NCBI GenBank assembly: GCA_016700135.1
Contig: CP065004.1
Coordinates: 1,020,001-1,052,000 of the forward strand
From: Candidatus Saccharimonadota bacterium
GTDB lineage: Bacteria; Patescibacteriota; Microgenomatia; UBA1406; GWC2-37-13
Reading direction: 5' to 3'
DNA length: 32,000 nt
The translations under genes and the position numbers were made by a program. Shown piece after piece: positions 8,004 through 15,096 of the stretch. Numbering within the stretch: position 1 is the stretch's first letter; each line of letters opens with the position of its first letter. The notes beneath the pieces were generated by a model. It had not been told where the DNA came from and searched no databases. It was given only the letters and a program-made list of their open reading frames with translations.

Positions 8004-8417
8004 TTATTTGAATTCAACTGTTATTTTGCGTAAAAGTTTCTTATTATCAACCATGGCGTCGATTTCTGCAACCCCAGGTGATGAAGAGGAAAGTTGGAAG
8101 AGGGCTTTTCCGTCAGTATCAGTGACGGCTGATCCTGTCTGAAATGAGCCCACGGATGAAGTTAAAGTTACTTGTTTACCCTCAAGCCCCTTACCGTCGA
8201 TATTTCTTACAAAAACAGTCACTTCACTCGTACTTTGTCCGTCAGCAGCGACTGAGAGAGGCCATGCAAAAATAAGGGAATTTTGCTCTGAGGGGTTGGT
8301 ATTTTCTACTGACGCGCGGGTGAGGACATTGAAGGAACCACTGAAAAATACGTAGCCCGTAAAGACGAGAAACGCGATTACAAACAGTGTTGACAGACCG
8401 ATAAGTTTTTTATCCAT
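8004..8417 (-). CDS. Membrane-anchored or secreted protein with a bacterial Ig-like (Big_1-type) domain
   Basis: N-terminal hydrophobic anchor LSTLFVIAFLVFTGYVFF, then SEVTVFVRNIDGKGLEGKQVTLTSSVGSF...TDTDGKALFQLSSSSPGVAEI. Confidence 0.55.
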   Translation of the reverse strand: MDKKLIGLSTLFVIAFLVFTGYVFFSGSFNVLTRASVENTNPSEQNSLIFAWPLSVAADGQSTSEVTVFVRNIDGKGLEGKQVTLTSSVGSFQTGSAVTDTDGKALFQLSSSSPGVAEIDAMVDNKKLLRKITVEFK

Positions 8418-8435
8418 ATCTATTGGCGAAAACTG

Positions 8436-9137
8436 TTAGGCCTTACCCGGGATGATATTTCTGTTCTGCAATACTTCAATTACTTCAGTGTGAATATCTT
8501 CCTTACTTCGTATTGTACCATGTTTCATGCAGTCAATGATAATCCAATGATCAGACCGCTCTGCCAGTGCGGTATACATATCGTGCGTCACGGTGCGGTA
8601 ATTTTCGTCTTCTTCCTGAATATCCGTTTTGTCGCCGAGGTAGCTTCGCTCCCCTTTCTGTTTGGTAAGATCTGCAGAAATATCTGACGGCATCCTAAGG
8701 TAAATAACCAGATCTTCATGCGGCAATCCGTGATAACCGTATTCAAGATCTTCTACCCATTTGATAAATGTATTGCGTTCCGTATCATTTGTAAATTTAC
8801 TGCCTTGATGAGCGATATTAGATGTGACGTAGCGGTTTGCAACGATGATATTACCTTCATTCAGTTTATTCAGGATATCTTCTTTTACCGCATATCGGTC
8901 AAGGGCAAATGTCAGTGCGGCAAGATATGGTGAGACTTCCTCAAGATTTCCGAATTCTCCGCGCAAAAACTGTGCCACGATTTTTCCGTAAAAACTGTCA
9001 TATTGAGGAAAATCAAGATACGCATAAGGAATGTTACGGCTGTTCAGATACTCGATGAGAAGCTTAGACTGAGTACCTTTTCCTGAACCGTCTCCCCCTT
9101 CAAAGACGATTAATTTACCTTGTGATCTATCATTCAT
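8436..9137 (-). CDS. tmk: Thymidylate kinase
   Basis: GKLIVFEGGDGSGKGTQSKLL P-loop and DRY-type segment LDRYAVKE. Confidence 0.9.
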   Translation of the reverse strand: MNDRSQGKLIVFEGGDGSGKGTQSKLLIEYLNSRNIPYAYLDFPQYDSFYGKIVAQFLRGEFGNLEEVSPYLAALTFALDRYAVKEDILNKLNEGNIIVANRYVTSNIAHQGSKFTNDTERNTFIKWVEDLEYGYHGLPHEDLVIYLRMPSDISADLTKQKGERSYLGDKTDIQEEDENYRTVTHDMYTALAERSDHWIIIDCMKHGTIRSKEDIHTEVIEVLQNRNIIPGKA

Positions 9138-9144
9138 AGTTCAA

Positions 9145-9153
9145 TGATACAAT
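9145..9153 (+). promoter_or_regulatory. Extended -10 TGaTACAAT upstream of the HAD hydrolase gene
   Basis: Plus strand reads TGATACAATAAAACTTATAAAGATG. The gap to the ATG is 13 nt, implying a 6-7-nt leader with no SD. Confidence 0.35.
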
Positions 9154-9166
9154 AAAACTTATAAAG

Positions 9167-9793
9167 ATGGCACAAAAATACTCAACTCTCATTTTCGACT
9201 TTGACGGGACTGTAGCAGACAGTATGGGTGTTTTGTTCAGAGTCTATTCAAGTCTTCAGGAACGTTTTGACCTGCGCCCGCTCACCGGACCTGATATTGA
9301 GAAAATGCGCGGAATGACGCCGCAGCAGGTACTTTCTTTTCTGAATATATCATTGTTCAAGTTGCCCCGGCTACTCCTGAACGGCAGAGCAAAATACAAG
9401 GATTTTCTATCGGATGTTGAGCCGATCCCGGGTATTCCTTATGTTCTGATTGAGCTGTCAAAAAAGTATCAGATGCATGTTTTGACCTCAAATGAACAGG
9501 ATATTGTCCTTTCGTTTTTACTTGAACATCAATTAAGCTGTTTTGATACGGTGATGAGCGAACGGAATATTTTCGGAAAAGATGCTGCTCTGAAAAAAAT
9601 GCTGAAACAGCTCGGCAAACGGAACAAGGAAGTCCTGTATCTCGGTGATGAGGTCCGCGATATTCACGGCTGTCAGAAGGCGGGTATTGATGTGGCTGCG
9701 GTGACATGGGGTTTGAATACGGAGGAAATCCTGTATGAGGCGAAACCGACATATCTTATAAAGAGCCCTGATGAACTGTTAACATTGCTGTGA
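9167..9793 (+). CDS. HAD-superfamily hydrolase (phosphoglycolate phosphatase-like)
   Basis: LIFDFDGTVADS (motif I), VLTSN (motif II) and LYLGDEVRDIHGCQKAG (motif IV). Ends with TGA. Confidence 0.8.
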   Translation: MAQKYSTLIFDFDGTVADSMGVLFRVYSSLQERFDLRPLTGPDIEKMRGMTPQQVLSFLNISLFKLPRLLLNGRAKYKDFLSDVEPIPGIPYVLIELSKKYQMHVLTSNEQDIVLSFLLEHQLSCFDTVMSERNIFGKDAALKKMLKQLGKRNKEVLYLGDEVRDIHGCQKAGIDVAAVTWGLNTEEILYEAKPTYLIKSPDELLTLL

Positions 9794-9809
9794 TATACTG
9801 CTTCAACTT

Positions 9810-10679
9810 ATGCAAAAATTTAAGACTTTCATACAATCTTTTCAGCGGAGTGTCACCGATTTCAGTTATTATCGTGAGCTTCTGAAGTATGATTTCTGGT
9901 TCTCTATAAAGTATATTTTCTTACTGACGTTCCTTTCAATATTTTTGCAAACTGTCATTTTCGCTGTCCAGACCGCATTTTTACTGCCGCGGCTTCCTTC
10001 GGGAATGGATTATCTGGAAAAACGATTGATTGAGATGTACCCGCAGGAGCTTGTTGTTAAAATTGAAGACGGTAGGCTTTCTACCAATCAGAGCAATCCG
10101 TATCATATTGATGTCCCTGAAATGAAAGAACTGGGCAATTTCAGGCATTTTATTACAATCAACACTGAAGCTTCAATCAGTGATTTTGAGAAAGCAGGCA
10201 GCTTTATGCTTGTGACTGACAGGGCTATTGTCCTTCCCGATGATCCGACCGGACAGCAGCTCTCAAGTTATCAGGTGATGAGTTTGAACGATATACCTGA
10301 TGATGTTGTCATTGATCAGAAAACCTATCGTTCATGGATCGGAAGACTGGATCCCGTTTTTGCTATGATTCCGAAAATTGCGCCGTTTGTACTTCTGGCA
10401 GGTGTCCTCATCATTCCGATTTTCGGAATGTTGTATAGTGCCGGATCAAATTTGCTCATTCTTCTCCTTCTAAATGTGGTTGTCTGGATGGTTTCGATGG
10501 CATTTGGATTGAAATTGGGATACTGGAAGCTGTATCAGTTGGGAATCCATGGCCTTACTATTCCAATGCTTCTTACCATGATTCTTACCGGCATGAATGT
10601 TTATATGCCGCTTGTGTTTACTTCGGCCTTTTTATTGTGGATGGTGCTGGTGCTGTCACATCTGAGTAAGACGAAATAA
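9810..10679 (+). CDS. Polytopic membrane protein, possibly DUF1189-like
   Basis: 289-aa ORF with an N-terminal TM segment, a soluble middle region and about 4 C-terminal TM segments. The family guess comes from the N-terminal pattern only. Confidence 0.4.
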   Translation: MQKFKTFIQSFQRSVTDFSYYRELLKYDFWFSIKYIFLLTFLSIFLQTVIFAVQTAFLLPRLPSGMDYLEKRLIEMYPQELVVKIEDGRLSTNQSNPYHIDVPEMKELGNFRHFITINTEASISDFEKAGSFMLVTDRAIVLPDDPTGQQLSSYQVMSLNDIPDDVVIDQKTYRSWIGRLDPVFAMIPKIAPFVLLAGVLIIPIFGMLYSAGSNLLILLLLNVVVWMVSMAFGLKLGYWKLYQLGIHGLTIPMLLTMILTGMNVYMPLVFTSAFLLWMVLVLSHLSKTK

Positions 10680-10722
10680 AGTCTTTGAATCCTTGCTCCA
10701 TGTTCATTTATTGGCATCAAAT

Positions 10723-10805
10723 GTCATTTCGAACGAAACGAAGTGAAGTGGAGTGGAGAAATCTCTCAGGAGTAAAGGGATTCCTCGACTTACGCTCGGA
10801 ATGAC
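10723..10805. repeat. Pair of inverted GTCATTYCGARCG...GAGRAATC hairpin modules between convergent genes
   Basis: 10723-10765 reads GTCATTTCGAACGAAACGAAGTGAAGTGGAGTGGAGAAATCTC. The reverse complement of 10777-10805 reads GTCATTCCGAGCGTAAGTCGAGGAATCCC. Confidence 0.5.
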
Positions 10806-10846
10806 AAACAAGTAGTGGAAATAATTTGTGGATAGAAAACAATCTT

Positions 10847-13117
10847 TTACAGATTGATCGTATCGCCTTCGTGGACTTTGCCTTCGAGGATGATTTTGGC
10901 GATTTTGTCTTCCAGTTTCTGACGCATGACTCTCTCAAGATTGCGGGCGCCGTACTGGACATCATATCCGTCAGCAGTGAGACTTTTGATAGTCTCATCA
11001 GAGATTTCGACATGAATTTTGTACATGTCATAGATCGACTGCGAGATTCTCTGCACCATGGCCTGAGCGAGAGTTTGAGCCGTGTCTTCTTCGATCGGCT
11101 TGTAGGCGATCACACCGTCGAAGCGGTTCAGGAATTCAGGGGAAAACAAATGCTCTTCAACGAGATAATCGACGAGTGCATTTCCAGACAGTTCATCATT
11201 TTTAAGTTTTGCGACGGATTGTTTGATCAGCATCTGATGGATGTGGTCAGCCCCGGCATTTGAGGTTGCGACTATAACCAGGTTTTTGCAGTCAACCCGT
11301 TGACCGTATCCGTCGGCGAAGTATCCCTCATCAACAATGGTCAGAAAGATATTCAAAAGATCAGGATGGGCTTTTTCGATTTCATCCAAAAGCAGAACTC
11401 CATAGGGATGTTCGCGGACTGCATTGGTCAGCTGTCCGGGGTTCAGAAGTTGCACTGATCCGATCAGTTTTTCAATATCATTTTTGGTCTGATATAGTGA
11501 CATATCAAATCGGACAAGGTATTCATGTGAACCGAAAAAAACCTCTGATATGGCTTTGGCCGTTTCGGTCTTCCCTACTCCGGTCGGTCCCAAAAAAAGA
11601 AATGATGCCAGCGGTTTTTTCCGTTTTCCGAGCATGAGGAATGACCGTCTCATAGCGGATGAGATTTCTTTGATCGCATCTTCCTGTCCGAGAATCCGCG
11701 TCTGGAGAAGTTTCTCGAGGTTCAGTAATTTATCCTTTATCTGGTCAGTGAGTGTTGTCGGTACGTGTGTGCGGTTCGTGAGGACAATATCAACCGTGGC
11801 CGGCATGGCACGCTTCTGTTTGAGCGTTTGGGTTGTATAGATACAGACACTGTCAAGAAGCTGCAGGGCTTTTTCTGGAAACGGGATGTTCGTGATGAAA
11901 AAGTTGCTTTTATCGACAATGGTGACGATGGTTTCATACGGGATCGTGATTTTGTATCGCTGCTCAAACATAAGTGCTTTTTCCATAAGGATATAGAGCG
12001 CCTTGTCTTTTGAGACTTCATCGACGTTGATGCGGGTAAAAATGTCACTGATTTTATTGTTGTTGTAAATATATTGCTGGTATTCGAAAGGAGTGGTGAT
12101 CCCGATGATCTGGAGCATGTCGGTTTGTGCATATTTCGCGATGACATCCGTCAGATCGAAATGGTTGTCACCTGAGGAAACGTATTTTTCAAAATTGTCT
12201 ATGAGCAGAATGACGCTTTTTGCTGCGGTTGCTTCCGCAAGAAGGTCTTCCATAAACTTCTGACGTTCCTGATCATCGGTATATTCGCTGAGGATCTTCT
12301 CCATATTGAGCTTCAGAAGCCGTTTATATGCCAGAAGCGTAGTTGTTTTTCCTTCATAAATTTTTTTTGCAAAGGAATCAATGATCGTATGCTTCCCGAC
12401 TCCTGCTTCTCCGACTATTATGGCATTGGCTTCGTCTGACTTTGAAAGAGTTCGCTCGATCATAGCAGTCTCGGCTTCTCGGCCTATGATATGATTTCTG
12501 ATTTTGAGTTGGTATCCGGGATCAGTGAGATTGTCGGCATAGTTGTCGAGGGTCGGAGTAAATCCCACAGCCCAGTCGCGTGCCAGAGGCGGGATTGTCA
12601 TAAGCTGTTGGAGTTTCCACCAGTGGCGGGGTTTGAGCATCATGTCGTACATATATTCAAACCACTTTTCTACCATGAGCTTGCTTGAAGGTGTGAGCAT
12701 GTGATTGACGATAAATTGTTCTTTGAAACGGGCTTTCCGTTCTTTTTCATTTTCCGTGACAGCGAATGTCAGCATCGCAATCGGAATCGAAACGACAAGC
12801 CACAGCAAAAGAAACGGGATAGTAATGATGTAGAGCATTTGCGTCAGAAGATAAAAGATGATGATCGAAACCCGCATGGAAAAGCCGATCCAACGCGAGA
12901 TGAAATCAAACATCACATCGCTCGCCCACTCTCCCAAGGACGGCTTTTTCTTTTTGACTGCGGTGATCTTTTTCCAGGGAGCAAACAAGGTTTTGAAGAG
13001 CGGCCCGATCGAAAAAAAGTACGGGAAGAAAATAAAAAGGTTTATGATACCCTCAAAATAGTTGTCGATGTATGCTTTGATGTTGTCATGTTCCTCACGT
13101 GTGGCCATGAAATTCAT
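10847..13117 (-). CDS. Membrane-anchored double-ring AAA+ ATPase of the ClpA/ClpB/ClpC (Hsp100) family
   Basis: 756 aa. Residues ~25-120 are hydrophobic TM-like segments in place of a Clp N-domain. D1 has GEAGVGKH and LLIDNFEKY. D2 has GPTGVGKT, LLLDEIEKAH, SPEFLNRFD and YGARNLER. Confidence 0.85.
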   Translation of the reverse strand: MNFMATREEHDNIKAYIDNYFEGIINLFIFFPYFFSIGPLFKTLFAPWKKITAVKKKKPSLGEWASDVMFDFISRWIGFSMRVSIIIFYLLTQMLYIITIPFLLLWLVVSIPIAMLTFAVTENEKERKARFKEQFIVNHMLTPSSKLMVEKWFEYMYDMMLKPRHWWKLQQLMTIPPLARDWAVGFTPTLDNYADNLTDPGYQLKIRNHIIGREAETAMIERTLSKSDEANAIIVGEAGVGKHTIIDSFAKKIYEGKTTTLLAYKRLLKLNMEKILSEYTDDQERQKFMEDLLAEATAAKSVILLIDNFEKYVSSGDNHFDLTDVIAKYAQTDMLQIIGITTPFEYQQYIYNNNKISDIFTRINVDEVSKDKALYILMEKALMFEQRYKITIPYETIVTIVDKSNFFITNIPFPEKALQLLDSVCIYTTQTLKQKRAMPATVDIVLTNRTHVPTTLTDQIKDKLLNLEKLLQTRILGQEDAIKEISSAMRRSFLMLGKRKKPLASFLFLGPTGVGKTETAKAISEVFFGSHEYLVRFDMSLYQTKNDIEKLIGSVQLLNPGQLTNAVREHPYGVLLLDEIEKAHPDLLNIFLTIVDEGYFADGYGQRVDCKNLVIVATSNAGADHIHQMLIKQSVAKLKNDELSGNALVDYLVEEHLFSPEFLNRFDGVIAYKPIEEDTAQTLAQAMVQRISQSIYDMYKIHVEISDETIKSLTADGYDVQYGARNLERVMRQKLEDKIAKIILEGKVHEGDTINL

Positions 13118-13150
13118 TATAGATAGATATTATGGAGAATTCTAGGGGTA

Positions 13151-13235
13151 GGTACGGACATGTCACTTACTCAGTATCAATAAGAGGAAGCATGCTCCCC
13201 TATATGACAAACCTTTCAATGACATGTCCGTGACC
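13151..13235. promoter_or_regulatory. Two copies of the palindromic core GACATGTC within 12-bp inverted repeats, upstream of the AAA+ gene
   Basis: ACGGACATGTCA at 13154-13165 and TGACATGTCCGT at 13221-13232. This is either a 12-15-bp stem with a ~55-nt loop or two operator-like palindromes 64 bp apart. Confidence 0.35.
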
Positions 13236-13245
13236 GCAGTTTGAG

Positions 13246-13425
13246 TTAGAAACCGCCGTTGGAGAAAGCGAACCACGCCATGAGCGCCGTAAAGACGATT
13301 AGGGTGTTCCGAAAAAAACGCTTGATGTCATCAGCAACGCTGATCTCAATGTCAAATCTTTTCGGCCCCAGATAAAACAGGCTCCAGAAGTAGACATCGA
13401 ACAAAAGCGCAAGTGATAACATCAT
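13246..13425 (-). CDS. Small hydrophobic protein (59 aa), hypothetical
   Basis: MMLSLALLFDVYFWSLFYLGPKRFDIEISVADDIKRFFRNTLIVFTALMAWFAFSNGGF. The ATG lies 3 nt after the stop of the preceding small ORF. Falls below the ORF-track size cut-off. Confidence 0.35.
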   Translation of the reverse strand: MMLSLALLFDVYFWSLFYLGPKRFDIEISVADDIKRFFRNTLIVFTALMAWFAFSNGGF

Positions 13426-13428
13426 GTG

Positions 13429-13542
13429 TCACACATTCCTGTTCTCAAACACCCGGATGATCAATCCGGCTGTCAAAGACAGGAGCATCGTTGCCGATCC
13501 AAAAAACAGAATTGCTTTAACTGATTTTTCAAGGTCAGACAT
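13429..13542 (-). CDS. Small single-TM protein (37 aa), hypothetical
   Basis: MSDLEKSVKAILFFGSATMLLSLTAGLIIRVFENRNV. Preceded by AAGGGAG with a 5-nt spacer, one of the few strong SD sites in the window. Confidence 0.4.
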   Translation of the reverse strand: MSDLEKSVKAILFFGSATMLLSLTAGLIIRVFENRNV

Positions 13543-13637
13543 TTCAACTCCCTTCTGGTTAGTATCAAACTACGGTATCGGAATTATACATTTCTATAGG
13601 TTAGTTGTCTATGTTTGAAGAAAGTTGGGTTGAAGTG

Positions 13638-13827
13638 TGGACTCGAGAGGGCTCGAACCTCTGACCTTTCGGAGCTGCCCGCCGTGCAAATGTGTGGAAC
13701 CGAGAGGGCTCGAACCTCTGACCTTTCGGATGTAAGCCGAGTGCTCTACCAACTGAGCTACGGTTCCTCATTGCACTTTGGCAGGCGCGGTGTAAGCCGA
13801 GTGCTCTACCAACTGAGCTACGAGTCC
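13638..13827 (-). tRNA. tRNA-Val(UAC) gene interrupted at position 37/38 by a 117-nt insert that contains a second complete tRNA-Val(UAC)
   Basis: 5' part 13827-13791 reads GGACTCGTAGCTCAGTTGGTAGAGCACTCGGCTTACA. 3' part 13673-13638 reads TCCGAAAGGTCAGAGGTTCGAGCCCTCTCGAGTCCA. Joined, they give a 73-nt cloverleaf with a perfect acceptor stem GGACTCG/CGAGTCC. Confidence 0.6.
13695..13767 (-). tRNA. tRNA-Val(UAC), uninterrupted, nested in the insert of the outer tRNA-Val gene
   Basis: GGAACCGTAGCTCAGTTGGTAGAGCACTCGGCTTACATCCGAAAGGTCAGAGGTTCGAGCCCTCTCGGTTCCA. Has 7-bp acceptor, D, anticodon (loop CUUACAU) and T (TTCGAGC) arms. No encoded CCA. Confidence 0.9.
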
Positions 13828-13879
13828 TTCGTATGTCAATGAAGTGGGTCGACTTCGCTTTTGCTTCGTCGGACCGATG

Positions 13880-13952
13880 TGGGCGTGGAAGGAATCGAAC
13901 CTTCGACCTCGTTCTTATCAGGAACGCGTTCTAGCCACTGAACCACACGCCC
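13880..13952 (-). tRNA. tRNA-Ile(GAU)
   Basis: GGGCGTGTGGTTCAGTGGCTAGAACGCGTTCCTGATAAGAACGAGGTCGAAGGTTCGATTCCTTCCACGCCCA. All four arms pair, the anticodon loop is CUGAUAA, and no CCA is encoded. Confidence 0.9.
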
Positions 13953-13967
13953 AATTCTGAAAATACT

Positions 13968-13995
13968 AGTATAGCATTTTCATATCATATTCCAA
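13968..13995 (-). promoter_or_regulatory. Promoter of the tRNA cluster: TTGGAA, 16-nt spacer, extended -10 TGcTATACT
   Basis: Minus strand reads GTTGGAATATGATATGAAAATGCTATACTAGTATTTTCAGAATTGGGCGTG. The predicted +1 is about 9 nt before the tRNA-Ile 5' end. Confidence 0.5.
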
Positions 13996-14274
13996 CACGA
14001 ATTCGTGTTTGATTATTATAGCACACAGATCTTCATATTATAAATTGAATATATGATTATTACGGCGTCAGCATAATGAAATCAGAGATACGGTATTATT
14101 CTTCTTACAGTCTGAAAAGCTGACAAAAGTGTCATTGAAGCTGACAAAATTGTATGATAACATCATACTGTTTAGTATCGTAAATAAACGGTGGAATATG
14201 GTGAGAAAGTAGTGTATATTAAAAACTTCTCATTCTACAGTTGCTCCGTATTATTAATTTCTAAAAACATAATC

Positions 14275-15069
14275 ATGTTTGTTTCAATCATTACGGATTG
14301 TCGTGATTCCAATGAAATGGGTCGTCAGACCACTCGTGCTTCAGTTCTTTTCCCCGGCGCAAATATTGACGTCGTCGGTGTTGGCAATTTCAGCGAAATC
14401 GAGGCAGCCGGAAATCTTATTGATGTCATTGACGGTGCAACAGGCGGAGATGGCGTAGTCATGGTAAATGCAGCACCCCGTCACGGATCAGGCAAAAAAT
14501 ACCCTAACGGTACACCGTTCGGATTTTTCAAATATGCAAATAAAACTATCGTCTCCACAGTTGCAGGGGAAACGCTTTCCCTCGCTAAAAAATTCGGGAT
14601 AATCGATGAACTGAAAGTCACCGATTTGCCGACCGTCATTGATGCTTTTGTCAAAAAAGGTAAATTCGAAGCAGATGCCCAGCAGCGAACTGTTCTGACA
14701 CAGTTCAGAAGCTTTGAATATATGCCTTTCCTGGCAAAGTGGGTACATGAAGGTGAAGATGTTCCGGCAGAGGTCATGGCACTTGATGATATTCCCGAAG
14801 CTCCTCAGACTATCTGGTGGATCGACAACTTCGGTAACTCCAAAACAACCATGCTTCCTGATGAGATCGGTTTTGAACCGGGTAAAAAGATCAAGACAAA
14901 AGTCGGTGAATTCACTTGCTACAATCGCCTGAAAGATGTCCCGAACGGTGAGGCAGGCATGACGGTCGGAAGTTCCGGTTATCAGAACAAGAGATTTGTC
15001 GAGATCACGGTCCAGGGGAAGAGTGCAGCAAAAGAATTCGGTCTGACAACTGGAATGGAATTGATGTAA
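14275..15069 (+). CDS. DUF62 / SAM hydroxide adenosyltransferase (chlorinase-fluorinase superfamily)-like protein, divergent copy A
   Basis: N-terminal IITDCRDSNEMGRQ (compare TDFG..D.Y.G.MKG), VMVNAAPRHG (compare VDPGVG), IWWIDNFGNSKTT (compare ID.FGN.ITN) and MTVGSSGYQNKRFVEITVQGKSAAKEFG (compare GSSG.LEIA..GSAA). The start is set at MFVSIITDC. Confidence 0.6.
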   Translation: MFVSIITDCRDSNEMGRQTTRASVLFPGANIDVVGVGNFSEIEAAGNLIDVIDGATGGDGVVMVNAAPRHGSGKKYPNGTPFGFFKYANKTIVSTVAGETLSLAKKFGIIDELKVTDLPTVIDAFVKKGKFEADAQQRTVLTQFRSFEYMPFLAKWVHEGEDVPAEVMALDDIPEAPQTIWWIDNFGNSKTTMLPDEIGFEPGKKIKTKVGEFTCYNRLKDVPNGEAGMTVGSSGYQNKRFVEITVQGKSAAKEFGLTTGMELM

Positions 15070-15096
15070 GAGTCTATTTCATATTCTGAATTGTTG

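Noticed and set aside
10717-11263. ORFs 10717-11031 (minus) and 10826-11263 (plus), and other antisense or out-of-frame ORFs within the AAA+ gene (11550-11840, 11737-12147, 11765-12013, 12491-12688, 12701-13126)
   Set aside because: They overlap the strongly supported 756-aa AAA+ CDS or the intergenic hairpin repeat. They have low-complexity or Ser/Arg-rich translations typical of wrong-frame reads.
13674-13790. Group I intron or archaeal-type bulge-helix-bulge intron in the outer tRNA-Val
   Set aside because: The insert is 117 nt, of which 73 are a tRNA, so it is too short for a group I core. Anticodon-loop nucleotides have no 4-bp complement near the 3' junction. The only bulges I can draw are an AAA and a single A separated by 7 bp, not a 3-4-3 BHB. 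This needs a proper fold to be certain.
13638-13827. Direct repeats of 36-37 nt separated by short unique segments, which could be misread as a mini-CRISPR array
   Set aside because: The repeats are the 5' and 3' halves of tRNA-Val cloverleaves. They fold into complete tRNAs, there are only two copies of each half, and no cas genes are nearby.
13615-13842. 75-aa plus-strand ORF with an internally repeated peptide (ERARTSDLS...; SRVLYQLSY... twice)
   Set aside because: It is the antisense translation of the duplicated tRNA-Val sequences, and the peptide repeat simply mirrors the tRNA duplication.
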